DNA of 62,950 nt, the filler included, from Folioceros fuciformis (Eukaryota), in assembly GCA_049999805.1 (NCBI GenBank). It is 4 parts of 4 records of this genome, joined end to end, with 100 filler letters (N's around TTAATTAATTAA, not from the genome) between each part and the next. Parts side by side here need not be neighbours in the genome. Positions count along the whole stretch, not along the records: positions 1 to 14,169 come from JBNGIO010006185.1; positions 14,270 to 41,669 come from JBNGIO010006186.1; 2 more parts are not named here. One strand, given 5' to 3'. The translations under genes and the position numbers were made by a program. The notes beneath the pieces are model-generated. The model saw nothing but the letters and a program-made list of their open reading frames with translations. It was not told the origin of the DNA and made no database searches. Of the stretch, positions 13,015-26,010 are shown piece by piece. Each line of letters starts with the position of its first letter. The first letter of the stretch is position 1.

Positions 13015-14169
13015 TTGCACGGGCGTGTAGGAAACTACTACTGACATCATGTGGCATACTCTGATGATCATTGATACCAACCAATTCGATGTTGTCTTCA
13101 GAGATTATGGTACTGCGGGAGCCGGGTTGCTATGAAAACGGCCGAGCTAGATATGGCAATATCAGACACCGGCGCCAGGCTGCTGTTGTTCGGTTCGTCT
13201 CCGTCTTGCAGGACCTTTGTCGTGCGGTCATCAGGCCCGGAGGTCCGTCTGAACGCCATGTTGTTGTCCGGCTCTATACAGGCCTGGAAGCGTGACAGGA
13301 GGCTACATCGTACGCAGTACATATCTAGCACTGTCAAATCAAAGAATTAATTAAACAATCGTATTGCTTCCAGAAAAAATCAGCCAGCAAGAAGGATTCA
13401 GCTGGGCTCCTTACGACACAGAAAAAGCCCAGCTGTTCGGCCCCTTCTGAGCTCAGCTGTGCCGGTGCACAGGGTGACGGAACTTGTGTGAACAACCCCC
13501 GAGCTTCAAGTCAAAGGAAACTACTTTGAGAGATTATATCCGACATTAGCCGTGGTGGCACCCGTCATGGGCTTCACTGTGATTGACTCGTCAGATGTGA
13601 TGAGCCAGTCCCTCCAAAATCTGCTATACAGCTTGTTGGCTCTATCTGGAGATCAACAAGCTAACCGGTGCAAGATGGCACAAATGTGAGGCCATCTTAC
13701 AATCAGACTGTACAAAATGCACTAGACTGTATTGAGTTGCTGAATAAAAGAGGACGAGGGAAGCTACCTGCTGAGTTACTGCGCCTCCCAAAAATTTCCT
13801 GAACGGTTTCTACCTCAATGTCTTCTACAATAAATAGATAGATGGCATTGCTATCAAACTGACCATAACTCTGGTGTGCAGGAAGTCAGTGACAAGATCA
13901 TGACTTACCTCAAGGAACAAACCCGAAGAAATGAAGTCGATACTCAAATCACCGCATCACCAGGAGCAATTTCCAGGCTAATAGCATCACTCTTCGACAG
14001 AGCGAACTCCTCAAAAGCTCCGTCCAGCAACCTAATGCTGAAGAAATTCACGCCTACCGTCAATTGACCTTGACGTGACAGAGCTCTGCGGGAACTACCA
14101 CCATTCACAATGACCTCAGTCTCCTGTATGACAGTGCACGCATACGTCCCCACCCCAGGGTACTGATTC

Positions 14170-14269
14170 NNNNNNNNNNNNNNNNNNNNNNNNNNNNNNN
14201 NNNNNNNNNNNNNTTAATTAATTAANNNNNNNNNNNNNNNNNNNNNNNNNNNNNNNNNNNNNNNNNNNN
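14170..14269. other. Artificial contig spacer N44-TTAATTAATTAA-N44
   Basis: An identical 100-bp construct occurs three times; TTAATTAATTAA gives stops in all six frames. Confidence 0.95.
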
Positions 14270-15518
14270 GCTAAAAGGCGTTGCCATTGTGGTGATATTC
14301 GTCGGGAGCGCCTCCGGGGTCCTGCTCCCCATCCTCGGCAGGAGATTGAAGCAACTGAGGCCTGACAGCGATGTCTTCTTCGTCACCAAGGTGTTCGCGG
14401 CGGGAGTCATCTTGGCCACCGGATTTGTGCATGTTTTGCCAGAGGGACACGAATTTCTCACACATCCCCGCCTGGATCCTCATCCCTGGCGGGATTTCCC
14501 GTTCACAGGCTTCATGGCAATGTGCGCCACATTTTTCACCCTGGCTGTGCATTTCGCCGCTACGCAGTACTATGAGAACAAGCATGTGCCTGCCTTCCCT
14601 GCCATCGCACCGGATCTAGAGGCTGGAGGTGGCCAACAACAGAGCGCGCGTCATCTGAGTTGCGGTCAGGGAGCTTCTGTGAGTCTGCGTTCTCCGAGTG
14701 AGGAAAAGGACGCTCAAATCCGGAAGATTGTCGTCTCCCAGGTGATCGTGCTCTGAGCTATCAAAGCAAACGGGGACCAGCAGATTAAGCTCAAGCTCGG
14801 TCTATCTTGTCTATTCCTTGTGTAGTCTTTTCGGTTTGTTTCTTTGCAAAGCACTGATCTTGTTGTGGATTACGCAACGGTGACCGTGAATTGATACTTG
14901 CTCGCAGGTCTTGGAGCTGGGAATCGTAACGCATTCCATCATCATCGGAGTGGGAATGGGAGTGTCTAGCAGCCCTTGCTCCTTGCGGCCCTTGATTGCA
15001 GTGCTCGTCTTTCACCAGCTTTTTGAAGGCTTTGCCTTGGGAGGTTGCATAACTATGGTACTTGAACCTAGCTTCTTGTCATCGGACACTTACAAGTGCA
15101 TGCTCAGGACTTTCAGAATGCAGAGTTGGAGATGATGCTTAATTATGTGCAGACAGCTTGCTCCGGTTTACTGAACTTGCAGGAGCTGCAAAATCATCGC
15201 ATTTGTACGCAGGCAGCAGTGAAGACGGTGTCGGCATTGGCAATGGCTTTGTTCTTTGCCGCCACCACGCCGGTAGGGATAGCTATCGGTATGGTAGCGC
15301 AAACTAGGTACGATGCCAGCAGCCAAGCCGCTCTAATTGTGCAAGGTACGTTCAATTCGGTGTCTGCTGGAATTCTCATCTACATGGCTCTGGTCGATCT
15401 CATCGCTACCGACTTCCTCAGCAGCAAGCTTCGATCCAATGTCAAGCTGCAGGTGTCCTCCTACATTGCCCTCTTCACGGGCTCAGGCCTCACATCCCTC
15501 ATGGCCAGAGTTACGTAG
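14270..15518 (+). CDS. ZIP/IRT zinc-iron transporter, 5'-truncated by the spacer; exons ..-14741, 14908-15057, 15213-15518
   Basis: [61 protein letters not shown]. Confidence 0.92.
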
Positions 15519-15805
15519 AGCAACAGAACTATACCTAGTATGTTCACGATTGCACTTGCTTCTCCTTGCGTGCTTGCTTGTCATTTGTGAGGTGCGGAAT
15601 CGTTTCCACACTGTGTACTCGTAGTGTGTTGAGTCATTATAGAGTTAGGTACGGTTGTACCATTTCAAGCATCCCCAGTTTTGCAGATTGTGAAGTTTCA
15701 GCTCCATGGCTGTAACCAAGATTACAACCTACAATATTAATGTACTGGCCTCAGTAGAGCTCCTCTTGTCCGTACAAGGGGAGGAGACGTGTTTCGCATT
15801 TTCAA

Positions 15806-17203
15806 CTAGATTATACGTATGGCTTCACTGCCAAAAAAGGTGGTGAGAGCAGCCCCTGCGATGAGGGCGATGTGCGAACACACCTGCAGCCGCACGTCGC
15901 TGCGCAGCCTCTTGGACAGGAAGGCGGTGGCGATGAGGTCCACCAGGGCCATGTAGATGAGAATGCCGGCGGAGATTGAGTTGAATGTGCCTTCCACCAC
16001 CAGCGCCACGGGGCTGTCTAAGTTGTAGGTGCGTTGCACTCGGAGGCCGATGCCGATACCCATGGGCGTGGTCACGGAGAAGACGGCGGCCATCACCCAC
16101 GCTGCAGCCGCCCTGAATCCAGCCTGTTGCACACTTTGAAGAAGAAGAATGTCATACTTGCAAGGGGCTCGGAGGAAGGCAGCCTTGCTAGTACCCAGAA
16201 CATGGATACATTCCGCAACAAGTGTGTAGAATTCCGGGGTACCTGGGCGATGGAGCCCCCGACGGCCAGGCCCTCAAAGAGCTGGTGCACCACCAGCACA
16301 GTCACCAGTGCCCTGATGGAGCAGGGGCTGTTGGACACTCCCAAGCCCACGCCTATGATCATCGCGTGCGTGCTCACAATCCCCAGCTCCAGCACCTGCA
16401 CATGTTTGCACACAGGTGCGCGAATTTCAATTTTGATTGTTTCTAAGATTATGTGATGCGGAGTCTGACTTCCAGGACCTTCGATAAACCTTGAAGCAAC
16501 CAGCAATTCGGATCGGATGTTCAAAGAGGTGGATCACCTGAGACACCAAGTGAAGCCAAGAAGGCCCTGGGACGTGAACGAGCTTCACTTCCTCCTGCTG
16601 CTGTTGCTTCAGGATCTGCTTCCCGTCCTGCTGCTGTTGATTTTGCTTCTCGTCCTGCTGCTGCTTCTCCAGGACCTGAGGAATCCGATCTTGCTCCTCG
16701 TGTTGCACAATGTGGAGGGTGCAGTCGATCGTATGGCATTGGATGGCATCGTGGCGACCCGCGGCGTCGAGTATGGCGGGGCTGTCGGTGTCGTTGCCGG
16801 CAGGGGCAGGAGGGCAGGCGGCGAGATAATCCCGGCGGCAGTAGTGGGTGGCGGCGAAGTGGGCCAGGAGCGTGATGAGCGAGCCGCACATGGCCAAGAA
16901 GCCGGCGAAGGGGAACACGGACCAGGGGTGCGGGTCCAAGGAGGGGTGGGTGAGAAATTCCTGCCCCTCGGACAAGACGTGCACGAAACCGGTGGCAAGG
17001 ATGACGCCCGCCGCGAACACCTTGGCCACAAATAGAATGCGGCTGTCGGAGCGGAGGAAGTCCAGGCTCCGGCACCACAGAGGGAGCAGCACGCCCAGGG
17101 CGCCGCTGAAGAGGATGGCAACGATGGCCACGCATTTGAGTTGCTCTACATCTGCCACCACTGTGCTCCTGCAGCTCGCTTTGTCCTGGCTGCAGGAATT
17201 CAT
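15806..17203 (-). CDS. ZIP/IRT zinc-iron transporter, paralog 2; exons 17203-16538, 16395-16243, 16123-15806
   Basis: [57 protein letters not shown]-rich cytoplasmic loop. Confidence 0.9.
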
Positions 17204-17811
17204 GGCTGCAGTCCAGTGCAGGCCTCCCTAAATGAAGTGGAATGCGGCTGCTGTCCTGCTCCTACATTGCCATGCTCAGGCCCAAGAGGGCAGGCATTCT
17301 TGACGGAGCTAAGTCCAAGCAGCAGCAGCTCGCGCTTGGGTCTCGCGCTGTCCAACACCCTAGACCTTGATTCGGGGCGGGGAGAATATCACACGTGTCC
17401 CAGGGACAGCAGCGGGAACTGTCTTCCCTGATCGAGCTTGTCTCAACGGGGGACTTCGAAATCCATGTCAGGTGGCTCGGGTTCGGGGCTGGGGCACTGG
17501 GCTGCACATTGGAGGGAAGCAGCGAGACCACGGGGAAATGCACACGTCTCATTGGGTGCATCCAACGCAGGTCAGGTCACGCCGAACACACGTTGATCAT
17601 TGGTTCCCCCGGAACTTATTTTCTACAGGACCTCGTGATCTGACAGTACGACGGGAATGATGGTTCCCCGCACACGACCGGCGTCTCCTAAACTGCATAC
17701 GACAGGAGGACATCTAGAGTCGGGGTTGAGAATAACAGCAACTTGTTCACGTACAGAAGAATTCGTGTAGATCACTATCAAGGTGTCTCCGGAAGGGCAC
17801 ACGTCCTAAAT

Positions 17812-20800
17812 CTATTCGATGTGAGATGGGGTGGTGTGCCGGAGTCGGTGGACCTCGGAGGCAGTGCTTGGCCTCGGCTTGGGCGAGGATATGGTGGCCG
17901 TGTCGTCTGATGAGAGGTTGGGTTTGTGTGCAGTCGACGGGGCTTCTGTCGCGGGGCTAGCGTTGCTCAGAGCCCGTAGGCTTGAATGATGGTCCTTCAG
18001 CTGGGCTTGCCTGTACATGTCCAGGTACACCTTTCGGGTTCTGTTGGTGAGGAGGAGCAGAGCGAGGCAGCCCAAGGTGCATATCAGCGCCATCACCAGA
18101 AACGTGGTTCTGAAGCACTGCGGACCTATACACTTATGAGGGCCCTGCAACACAGTGGAATCGTCTCTGGTTCCTGACAGGGCTAGGGCTTGCCTGTCGT
18201 AAATGTATCCTGCGAGCTTCACTGACAGGAAGTATGACCCCAGAGGAGCCGATATGCTGCAACAGTTGGGTCAGAATGTTAGATGCTGGGAGGTAACATC
18301 GGATGGAGCTGGTTGCTGTTGTGAGAAACGGATAGCTGCGGACGCACCTGAGGGTGTTGTAAAGGGCACCCAAGTTGCGGAGACCGAAGAGCTCGGAAGC
18401 TGTTGCTACCATGAGAGTCCAGTGTGCCCCGTGGGCAAGCCCCACCAAGACTGACCCTGGATACAACATTGCAGGAGCTGCGCGATATCCATGTACGCGC
18501 CTGGTGTCAGCATTCAGATTCAGGAGGATCTACCATGTCCTTGACTTCAGAGGTTGGAAATTCGGCTGACCTGCGGTGGCGAAGAGAAGATGTGATACAC
18601 CCATGACAGCCTGAACCAAGAGCAGGAAAAGTGGTCTTGGTGTCCCGTACTTCTTCATGTACCATTCTGATACGTATCTGTCGAGGAACAGATAACAAGG
18701 GAGATAACACCAGATCTCCTCGGTTGGTAAAAAAGTCCAGGCAGGAGCAATTGCAGCAGGCAAGGCACCATTCATCATCATGACGCGACGCTTACCCGGA
18801 GGCCAAGCGGCCAAGAAAATTCCACACACTAACGAGGGCAACGAGGGACCCCGTGCTCTGAGAGCCAGCAGACTCTGCCATCTGTGGAGGACCATACAGG
18901 TCAGAGATGTTGATTTCTAGTCGTGACGAAATCCACATTCTCTCAAACACATTGCAGCCACATGATCTAACCTGAGCTAGATTGTTGATGGCGGTGAGTC
19001 CGCTGCCAGTGCCACAGCCCATAGCGAAGAACAAAAGCCTGCACACACAACACTTTGTGAGAGCAGGCTCAAACTGGAAACAAACACTGTTGTACGCTTG
19101 AGAGAGGGCCTCGTACCAATAATCTCGACACTGTGCAGCCTCCAACAAGGTATGGTCGTGTCCCAGTCGAGTCTTGGGTGCATCCTTGCGCGAATCGACA
19201 ATCCTGGGACCAACATCAATCGTTGTGCTTCGTCCAAAGTCGTGCTGCACGCCTGCCGCTTTCCACTCCCCTTGATGTTTCGAGCTGCGGTCGTGGACGA
19301 CGGCCAGCGTAGGTGTAGGAGGAGCTTCTGTCGGAAGCTGACTGTATCCTTTTAACTGAGCATCCTTTTGCGCCTTCAACTGTTTCAGAGAAGGTGCACG
19401 ACATATTTGAGCTTAGAGGCAAGCACACATGTTTCGGCTGAGAGGAAGGAGCATTCACCATGGGGATATCAGTTAGTGGAAGCTCACTTACAGGTAGGAG
19501 TCCTGGAAGCAGTAGGATGATAAGCATAACAACCATGAAGACGCGACTGACATTCTTGCTGACAGTGAACATGTCCTGTACAAGACAACATTCATGACTC
19601 AAGATGTGACGACAAGACGAAGTGGAGACGCAGATGTTTTATCAGGATCAGCTAGAAGTCACAGAAAATCGGGCTGCCAAATCTGCATCCGTGTTGGATC
19701 ATAGCAAACAAGTCTATCGAGTAGCCTAACAAGAGCGGAAAGTCTGCAGATACCTGAATGGAGATGACCGTGAGCAGATACAGCGCCAAAGAGATACCAA
19801 TCAGCTGCACCCACAATGTTTTCGGTCTCTAACACATGATGGTAGAAATGCTCGACTACATGAAGGTATTGCAATGGCCAGTGTGACTTACATACAATCT
19901 CGAGAAATAAGACTTGTCTGACTCATTCCTTTGCTTGGGGGCTTCCAATGGGCGAATGATTGCCATCGATATAATCGCAATCAAGGGTGGGACAGCCGCA
20001 CATAGCAACAAGAAAGGACCTGTGTGGGGGGCGTATATCGCAGTATACACCTGTACAGGATAGGAATAGGTGAGTTCAAGTCGCAAGCAATGGAGGGCTG
20101 ATCACAAGGTAAGCATGGAAATGCATTCTTCACCTGAGAGAAAAGGGCACCACTAAGACCGATAAATCCCTTCAGCAGGCCCACGGTCACACCTCTGTCT
20201 GAGGAGAAATTGCGCACACTACACCAGATAACATCCCAAGCTGAGAAACACTATGGGAGATCAAACGTTTGAGAAGAATAGATGACGGGTTTGGAAAGCA
20301 CGTTCTGGTGAAATGAGAGAAGCGACAGCCCCTAAGAGAATTACCAGGTGACAAGAACAGCAGTGTTGAACCATGTTGATCCGTTAGTGCCCAGCATCAT
20401 TATCACACACATCTGCAGCAGCAGCCCCCTTAGTACCACAGCCCTAATAGTCTGAGCAACCAAGAAGGTGATATCGTCTCACCTGCCAATATGTAGGAAC
20501 TATTTGTCCTGTTGCTGCCAGATATAACTGCGAGGAGCGAACAGGGTTGGTGGTCAGAATCACAGCGGACGCATTATCACTAGGATCTATAGGCTTCTGA
20601 GTCCAGGTAGGCCTCTTAGTCAGTGTGAGTTCATTCAGGACGTGTCGTCCAAAGTATCAGGGCACTTGTTTACGGTCATAGATACGTTAGGAAAGGGAAT
20701 CTGTGGTGGGTTCTTACAGATCCAGCCTCACAACATCGTTATTTCCTTTGCCTGAACATTTTCTACGACACGTAATGAAACAGCGCAACAGGGAGAACAT

Positions 20801-21589
20801 GAACCTAGACCAGTAGAAAGTCGAGAAAGAAAAAGTACCATGTGCCTTTGGAATTTGACACCGTACAAGACTGCAACACTAATCCACCGGCTGCTTCCAA
20901 TTGAGATTGGCTCGCCTGTCAAAGCCGAAACGAAAATTCATTGCCACTCTTAGTGGACGCCGCCCTCAACTTGCTTAAACCACACAGGAACGCAAGAAAC
21001 AGACCCACAGAGGAGAGCAAGATTGCAGACAGACTTGAGAGTGAGACTGAGGCTCAAATGATTCTTTCATACGACTCGCTGGAGACTACTCGCACAGCAA
21101 GGTTGCTGAAGTGCAATATGCAGGCAGTCTGAGAGACGAGCTGGGAATGGCTGTGAGCTGGTGCATTACTGGGGTTACTGGGATGACACGATTTATGTCC
21201 TTTCAACAGAGCTGTTCTGGGAAAAATCTACAGCATCAACCCAGGTAAGGGTGGCGTACCAGTGTGAAGAAGGAGAAGTGCAACAGGCCGCCAATAAGGA
21301 GCACAAACCAAGCTGAGGTGACATCGATGAGAAGGCCGGAGACAATGCCGACATTGCCGCCTATGTCCTTGAACGTTCCTATTCCGTCTATGCCCTCTTG
21401 ACTGTAGCCCAGCACTGTCTTCAGATCAGCTGAATAGAGCGAGAAGACATATGATATGCCCCCACAGGCTTGCAGCCACATTCCCAAGCATAGTCCCAAC
21501 CACCTGTCTTTGCAGAGATTTCTGAGCCATGACGCCATGGCTGTACCTGACCCTTCCTGCATCTCAGTTCTGCTCTGTCTGGATGACAT
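17812..21589 (-). CDS. Nodulin-like / NFD4-like major facilitator superfamily protein, multi-exon
   Basis: RWLGLCLGMWLQACGGISYVFSLYS, KDIGGNVGIVSG, RNFSSDRGVTVGLLKGFIGLSGALF, GTGSGLTAINNLAQ, SVWNFLGRL, TASELFGL, CIGPQCFRTTF across successive exons. Confidence 0.9.
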
Positions 21590-22057
21590 CTGCAGCCCAG
21601 ATCCTCATCACCCCGGGGAACCGAACAATGTCACCGTGCAGCCGAAATCTCACATGACCAAGAAGTGTGAAATCGGGAAAGGAGTGAACGCAGCTTGGGC
21701 ACACGAGCTAAATGGATCTGAGAGACCAAAATGCGGGCACTTTCTGAGGAAAGCTCAGGAGCAACCCGGATCACCCAGCCCGTACCAAAATCTTATGCTG
21801 CAAAATAAACAAGTGTTTGTAAGCAGGCACGTATCTCAGTCGGAGGCGATCAGGATTGGAAGACTGTTGAGGCTGGCTGTAGAACGGAAGTTTCCGTACG
21901 TGGCGAAGTGGCACTGCTGCCGAAGATGACGTCAAATTCTCGGCTGAGATAGCTCTTTAAAATTGCAGGATAGCAAGTGGGATTGGAAGACTTTCAGACA
22001 CGAAATTTGTCAAGGACAGTTCTGACACAGCCACGAAAGATGCACAACACTTCTCTG

Positions 22058-25000
22058 TCACTGGCGGTCCCCACATGAACAAAAACCGTCAACAAAATGG
22101 TGGACACGGTGTGCATCTCGCACTATGATCTCTCGCTTTTCGATCCTGGACATGAGCTTCGTGCCACTATGGCAGTCATTGCACATTCTGAGATTCTTTG
22201 TGACCAGCAAAGTTGTGCCAGCAGGGGTGTTCAGCAGACCGTGAGCCAGAGCCAGCTTCTCCGCATGCCCACACAGGCCATCTTCCAGATCTCCATCGGG
22301 TGATGCATTCTGAAGCAACTCCGGGTGTGGGGTATCGTTTATCTCGCCCTCTGCCTGTATATTTACACTCTTCAACTTTGTAGAAATATCGTCCCTTTCT
22401 TCCCCAACCACGAAAGTGTGGATTTTGCTGCTTACTTCAATCCAGGCCCTTGCAGGTTTCTTGCAAATACCTGCGGCCCTTCTCAGGATTTCTAGATTTT
22501 CTACATCCCTCCACCTACCAGCATTTTCGTAAATGCTTGACAAGAGAGCGTACGCAGAAGAATTCTGAGGGTCCACTTTCATGACGCGCTCGAAGCATCG
22601 TCTGCCGCGGTCTATGTCACCATCGCTTCTGCAGGCAGTCAGCAAAGATGTCCAGCCCACTATGTCACTCTCATATGGCATCGTTTGCAGCATATTTTCG
22701 GCCTCCTCTAGCCGGCCTGACCGCCCAAGAACATCAACCACTGATGTGTAGTGGTGGACACTTGGAGTAATACCGTAGTTGTCCACCATCATCTTGAAGA
22801 ATTGCTGTGCCTCACCCACAAGACCTTCATGACTACATGCTGCGAGTAAAGACACAAAAGTGGTGTCGTCAGGCTCAACTCCATGTTTCTGCATCTCTTG
22901 GAAACACTTGATTGCAGATTTGCTCATGTTGTGTTGGCCGTACCCATTCAACAAGGTATTCCATGTCACCACATTTCTCGTGGGCAGTCTGTAGAACAGG
23001 CTGTGCGCATCATCCAAGCTCCCGCATTTGAAGTACATGTCCAACAGGCTAGTGCCGATAACTACATCACCTTCCAGGCCTCTTTCTCGAATTTGGGAAT
23101 GAAGCTGCTTCCCTTGAAGCAGGGCTCCAATACTAGCACAAGCTTTCAATAGCGACACGAATGTAACATTGTTGGCTGGAATGAGACCCTCTTGTTGCAT
23201 TCTTCCATAGAGGTCGAGGGCCGCATCTCCAAGTCCTCGGTCAGCATACCCTGAGATCATAGTATTCCATGTTACTACGTCTCTTGTAGCTAATCCCTCA
23301 AAAAGACGGGCAGCGTCTTCTAGGCTGCCGCATTTGGCATACATGTCCAGCAAGCTGTTGCCAACAACTAATTCAGCTTCAAACCCTCTTTCCCTAATTT
23401 GACAATGAAGTCCCTTGCCCTCTTGTAGAGCTCCTGCAATTGCACACGCTTTCAGCAGGCACACAAATGTCACAATATTGGGTACAGCAAGACCCTCCTG
23501 TTGCATCCTTGCATACAGACTGAGAGCTTCTCGGCCGCAGCCATGCTGAGCATATCCTGCAATCATAGCAGTCCACGTCACAACGTCTTTGGTGGGCAAC
23601 TCTTCAAATGCTCTGAAAGCATCCTCCAGACTGCCACTTTTGGCGTACATATCTACCAGGCAGTTGCCTAGAACCAAACTTGCTCTCAGTCCTCTTTCCT
23701 GAATTTGTGAATGAAGCTGCTTGCCTTCATGCAAAGCTCCCATGTTGGCACAAGCTTTCAAAAGGCACATAAATGTCACTTCGTTGGCAGGACTAAGGCC
23801 TTCCTGCTGCATCTTTGCATAGAGAGCCAGAGCTTCTGCACCATGCTCATGCTCGGCATAACCTGCAATCATAGCATTCCATGTCACCACATCCTTCATG
23901 GGTAATCTGTCAAAGACACCACGGGCATCTTCTAAGCTGCCACACTTGGCATACATGTCTATTAGGCTGTTCCCAATGACCAGATCTATCTCAAGTCCTC
24001 GCTCCCGAATGTGGCCATGAAGCTCCCTCCCTTCATGCAAGACCCCAACACTGGCACATGCTTTGAGGAGGCACACAAAGGTAACCTGGTTGGCTACGAT
24101 TTCACCTTCCTGTTGCATATTTGCATAAAGAGAGATGGCATCGTGCCCGAGCCCATGGTGGGCATATCCACCAATCATGGCAGTCCACGTTACCACATTT
24201 TTTGAGGGCAACCTATCAAACACTCTGCGAGCATCCTCTAAGCTTCCCCACTTGGCATACATGTCGACCAGGCTGCTGCCAACAACTACATCAGCCTCAA
24301 GCCCTCTTTCTCGAATGGCAGCATGCACGGACTTCCCCTCAGGTACCGCTCCAGTCATGGCGCATGCTTTTAGCAGGCACACATACGTCACATCATTGGC
24401 TGGAGCGGTTCCCTCCTTCTGCATCCTTGCATACATAGCAAGAGCTTCTTGAGGCAGCCCATGGTGTAAATAGCCTGCAATCATGGCATTCCATGTCACT
24501 GCATCTTTGGTGGGCAAGCTCTGAAACACACTCTGAGCATCCTGTAAGCTCCCACATTTTGCATACATGTCAACTAAGCTGTTACCTACAAATCTATCAG
24601 GCTCAATAGCACTCTCCAGAAGGTCAGCATGGACCTGCTTCCCATACGCCAAATCTGCCACACTTGCACATGCATTCAGCACAGCCACAAAAACATGATT
24701 GTTGGGCTTCACTGTCGACTGCTGCATCAATTGATACAGTTCCATGGCTTGCATAGGCTGCCGTTGAGCATGTGCAAGGATTATGGAGAACCACATGAAC
24801 GTGTTCGGCGAATCTATTCTGGTGAAAACCTGCATTGCCTCCTGCAACTTCCCATGACCAGCGTACATGCGTATGATGTGGTTGGCTAGAAATTTGTCAG
24901 ACTCGAACCCTGACTTACAAGCAAGGGCATGGACACGCCTTCCAATACCCAAATTCTTCTGTTCAATGCAGCTCTTGAGTAGAGAATATATGAGAGATTG

Positions 25001-25120
25001 TGGAACCCGACATCCTTGATGAACCAGTGAGTCCAAAGCTCCTACGCGCTCTCTCAGCCTCCCCTCCTCATGTAGTTTGGTGCAGATTCCAGGCTCTGAA
25101 GCCGTGCCAAAGCTCGCAAC
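22058..25120 (-). CDS. PLS-class PPR protein (~23 motifs) with E1/E2 and a DYW:KP domain ending in DRQ (DRH-like); true start lies upstream and is unresolved
   Basis: Regular L-S-P triplets; KKPARAWIEV, LCGHAEKLA, CNDCH, HHFVDGFCSCGDRQ*. The frame stays open upstream of the listed TTG (…KLHEEGRLRERVGAL). Confidence 0.9.
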   Translation of the reverse strand, partial: VASFGTASEPGICTKLHEEGRLRERVGALDSLVHQGCRVPQSLIYSLLKSCIEQKNLGIGRRVHALACKSGFESDKFLANHIIRMYAGHGKLQEAMQVFTRIDSPNTFMWFSIILAHAQRQPMQAMELYQLMQQSTVKPNNHVFVAVLNACASVADLAYGKQVHADLLESAIEPDRFVGNSLVDMYAKCGSLQDAQSVFQSLPTKDAVTWNAMIAGYLHHGLPQEALAMYARMQKEGTAPANDVTYVCLLKACAMTGAVPEGKSVHAAIRERGLEADVVVGSSLVDMYAKWGSLEDARRVFDRLPSKNVVTWTAMIGGYAHHGLGHDAISLYANMQQEGEIVANQVTFVCLLKACASVGVLHEGRELHGHIRERGLEIDLVIGNSLIDMYAKCGSLEDARGVFDRLPMKDVVTWNAMIAGYAEHEHGAEALALYAKMQQEGLSPANEVTFMCLLKACANMGALHEGKQLHSQIQERGLRASLVLGNCLVDMYAKSGSLEDAFRAFEELPTKDVVTWTAMIAGYAQHGCGREALSLYARMQQEGLAVPNIVTFVCLLKACAIAGALQEGKGLHCQIRERGFEAELVVGNSLLDMYAKCGSLEDAARLFEGLATRDVVTWNTMISGYADRGLGDAALDLYGRMQQEGLIPANNVTFVSLLKACASIGALLQGKQLHSQIRERGLEGDVVIGTSLLDMYFKCGSLDDAHSLFYRLPTRNVVTWNTLLNGYGQHNMSKSAIKCFQEMQKHGVEPDDTTFVSLLAACSHEGLVGEAQQFFKMMVDNYGITPSVHHYTSVVDVLGRSGRLEEAENMLQTMPYESDIVGWTSLLTACRSDGDIDRGRRCFERVMKVDPQNSSAYALLSSIYENAGRWRDVENLEILRRAAGICKKPARAWIEVSSKIHTFVVGEERDDISTKLKSVNIQAEGEINDTPHPELLQNASPDGDLEDGLCGHAEKLALAHGLLNTPAGTTLLVTKNLRMCNDCHSGTKLMSRIEKREIIVRDAHRVHHFVDGFCSCGDRQ

Positions 25121-26010
25121 CCTGCCAGGCCGAGGGCACTGTGAAGACGAGAAATCTTCAGGTAACTATCCCAATATGATAGGTACAAGAATAATAATTT
25201 TGCATTCTGAGGCAAACAAGAGATCCGAAAGAAGCTTGACCTTCCATGCTCTACATCATCCTCCTCTCTCAGCCTTGCCTCTACACCCGAAGGTTGTAAC
25301 AAGAGCTTTCCTCTCGGTGCGCCATTCAAGTGCATCGGATCCATTTGGTCCCTCTGTCCAAACATCCAATCAGCGCCCACAGTCCCGAAGCCAACACAGA
25401 TGGCAACCACTGGGCGGTGACAGAAAAATCACCTTAGTCGGATACCCCGGAAACCTTTCCTGCAAAGCCTCTGCACCACCTGGAACAGTTCAAAAGTACC
25501 CAACCCATGCATGAGAATCTACGACAATCTTACCCGCAACACAACCCAGCAAAGCTAAGTTGATGCATTACCCACCGGATTTGCGATGCTCTGCTAGTCC
25601 CCAAAAGGAGGAGAAAAATCTGCACCATTCCTCGCAAGGACCGTGTTTGCTTCTTTCGATGAGGCTGCAGAAAGGACCGCTGACTCCACCACCAGTCCTC
25701 ATCTCGTGGTTGCTAACGGATTTACAGACATCTGCAGCTTTTGGATTCCGGGCAGCCTGGAATGGCGCCCCAGTTACAAATCTCATACGGTGTGTCAGCG
25801 CACAAGCAATTCAGAAGGAGGAGGCTCTTTTTTTTGTGTGCTGAGGCATCGATTTTGCCGTGCCCATGTGCAATATGATGCTCACGAGTCACGAGCAGCT
25901 CATGTCAAACCTACTTGATTTGAATTGGACAGCGGAGTTCGAGCAGTCACCAACTTGTCCGACGCTATTTAGGGCTGCGACAGAGCGATCGGCCAGGACA
26001 GCTTGCAACG

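Noticed and set aside
16517-17135. Long antisense/alternative-frame ORFs over GC-rich genes (also at 27759, 34390, 48779 and 54244)
   Set aside because: These are shadows of GC-rich or repetitive coding sequence with no recognisable motifs.
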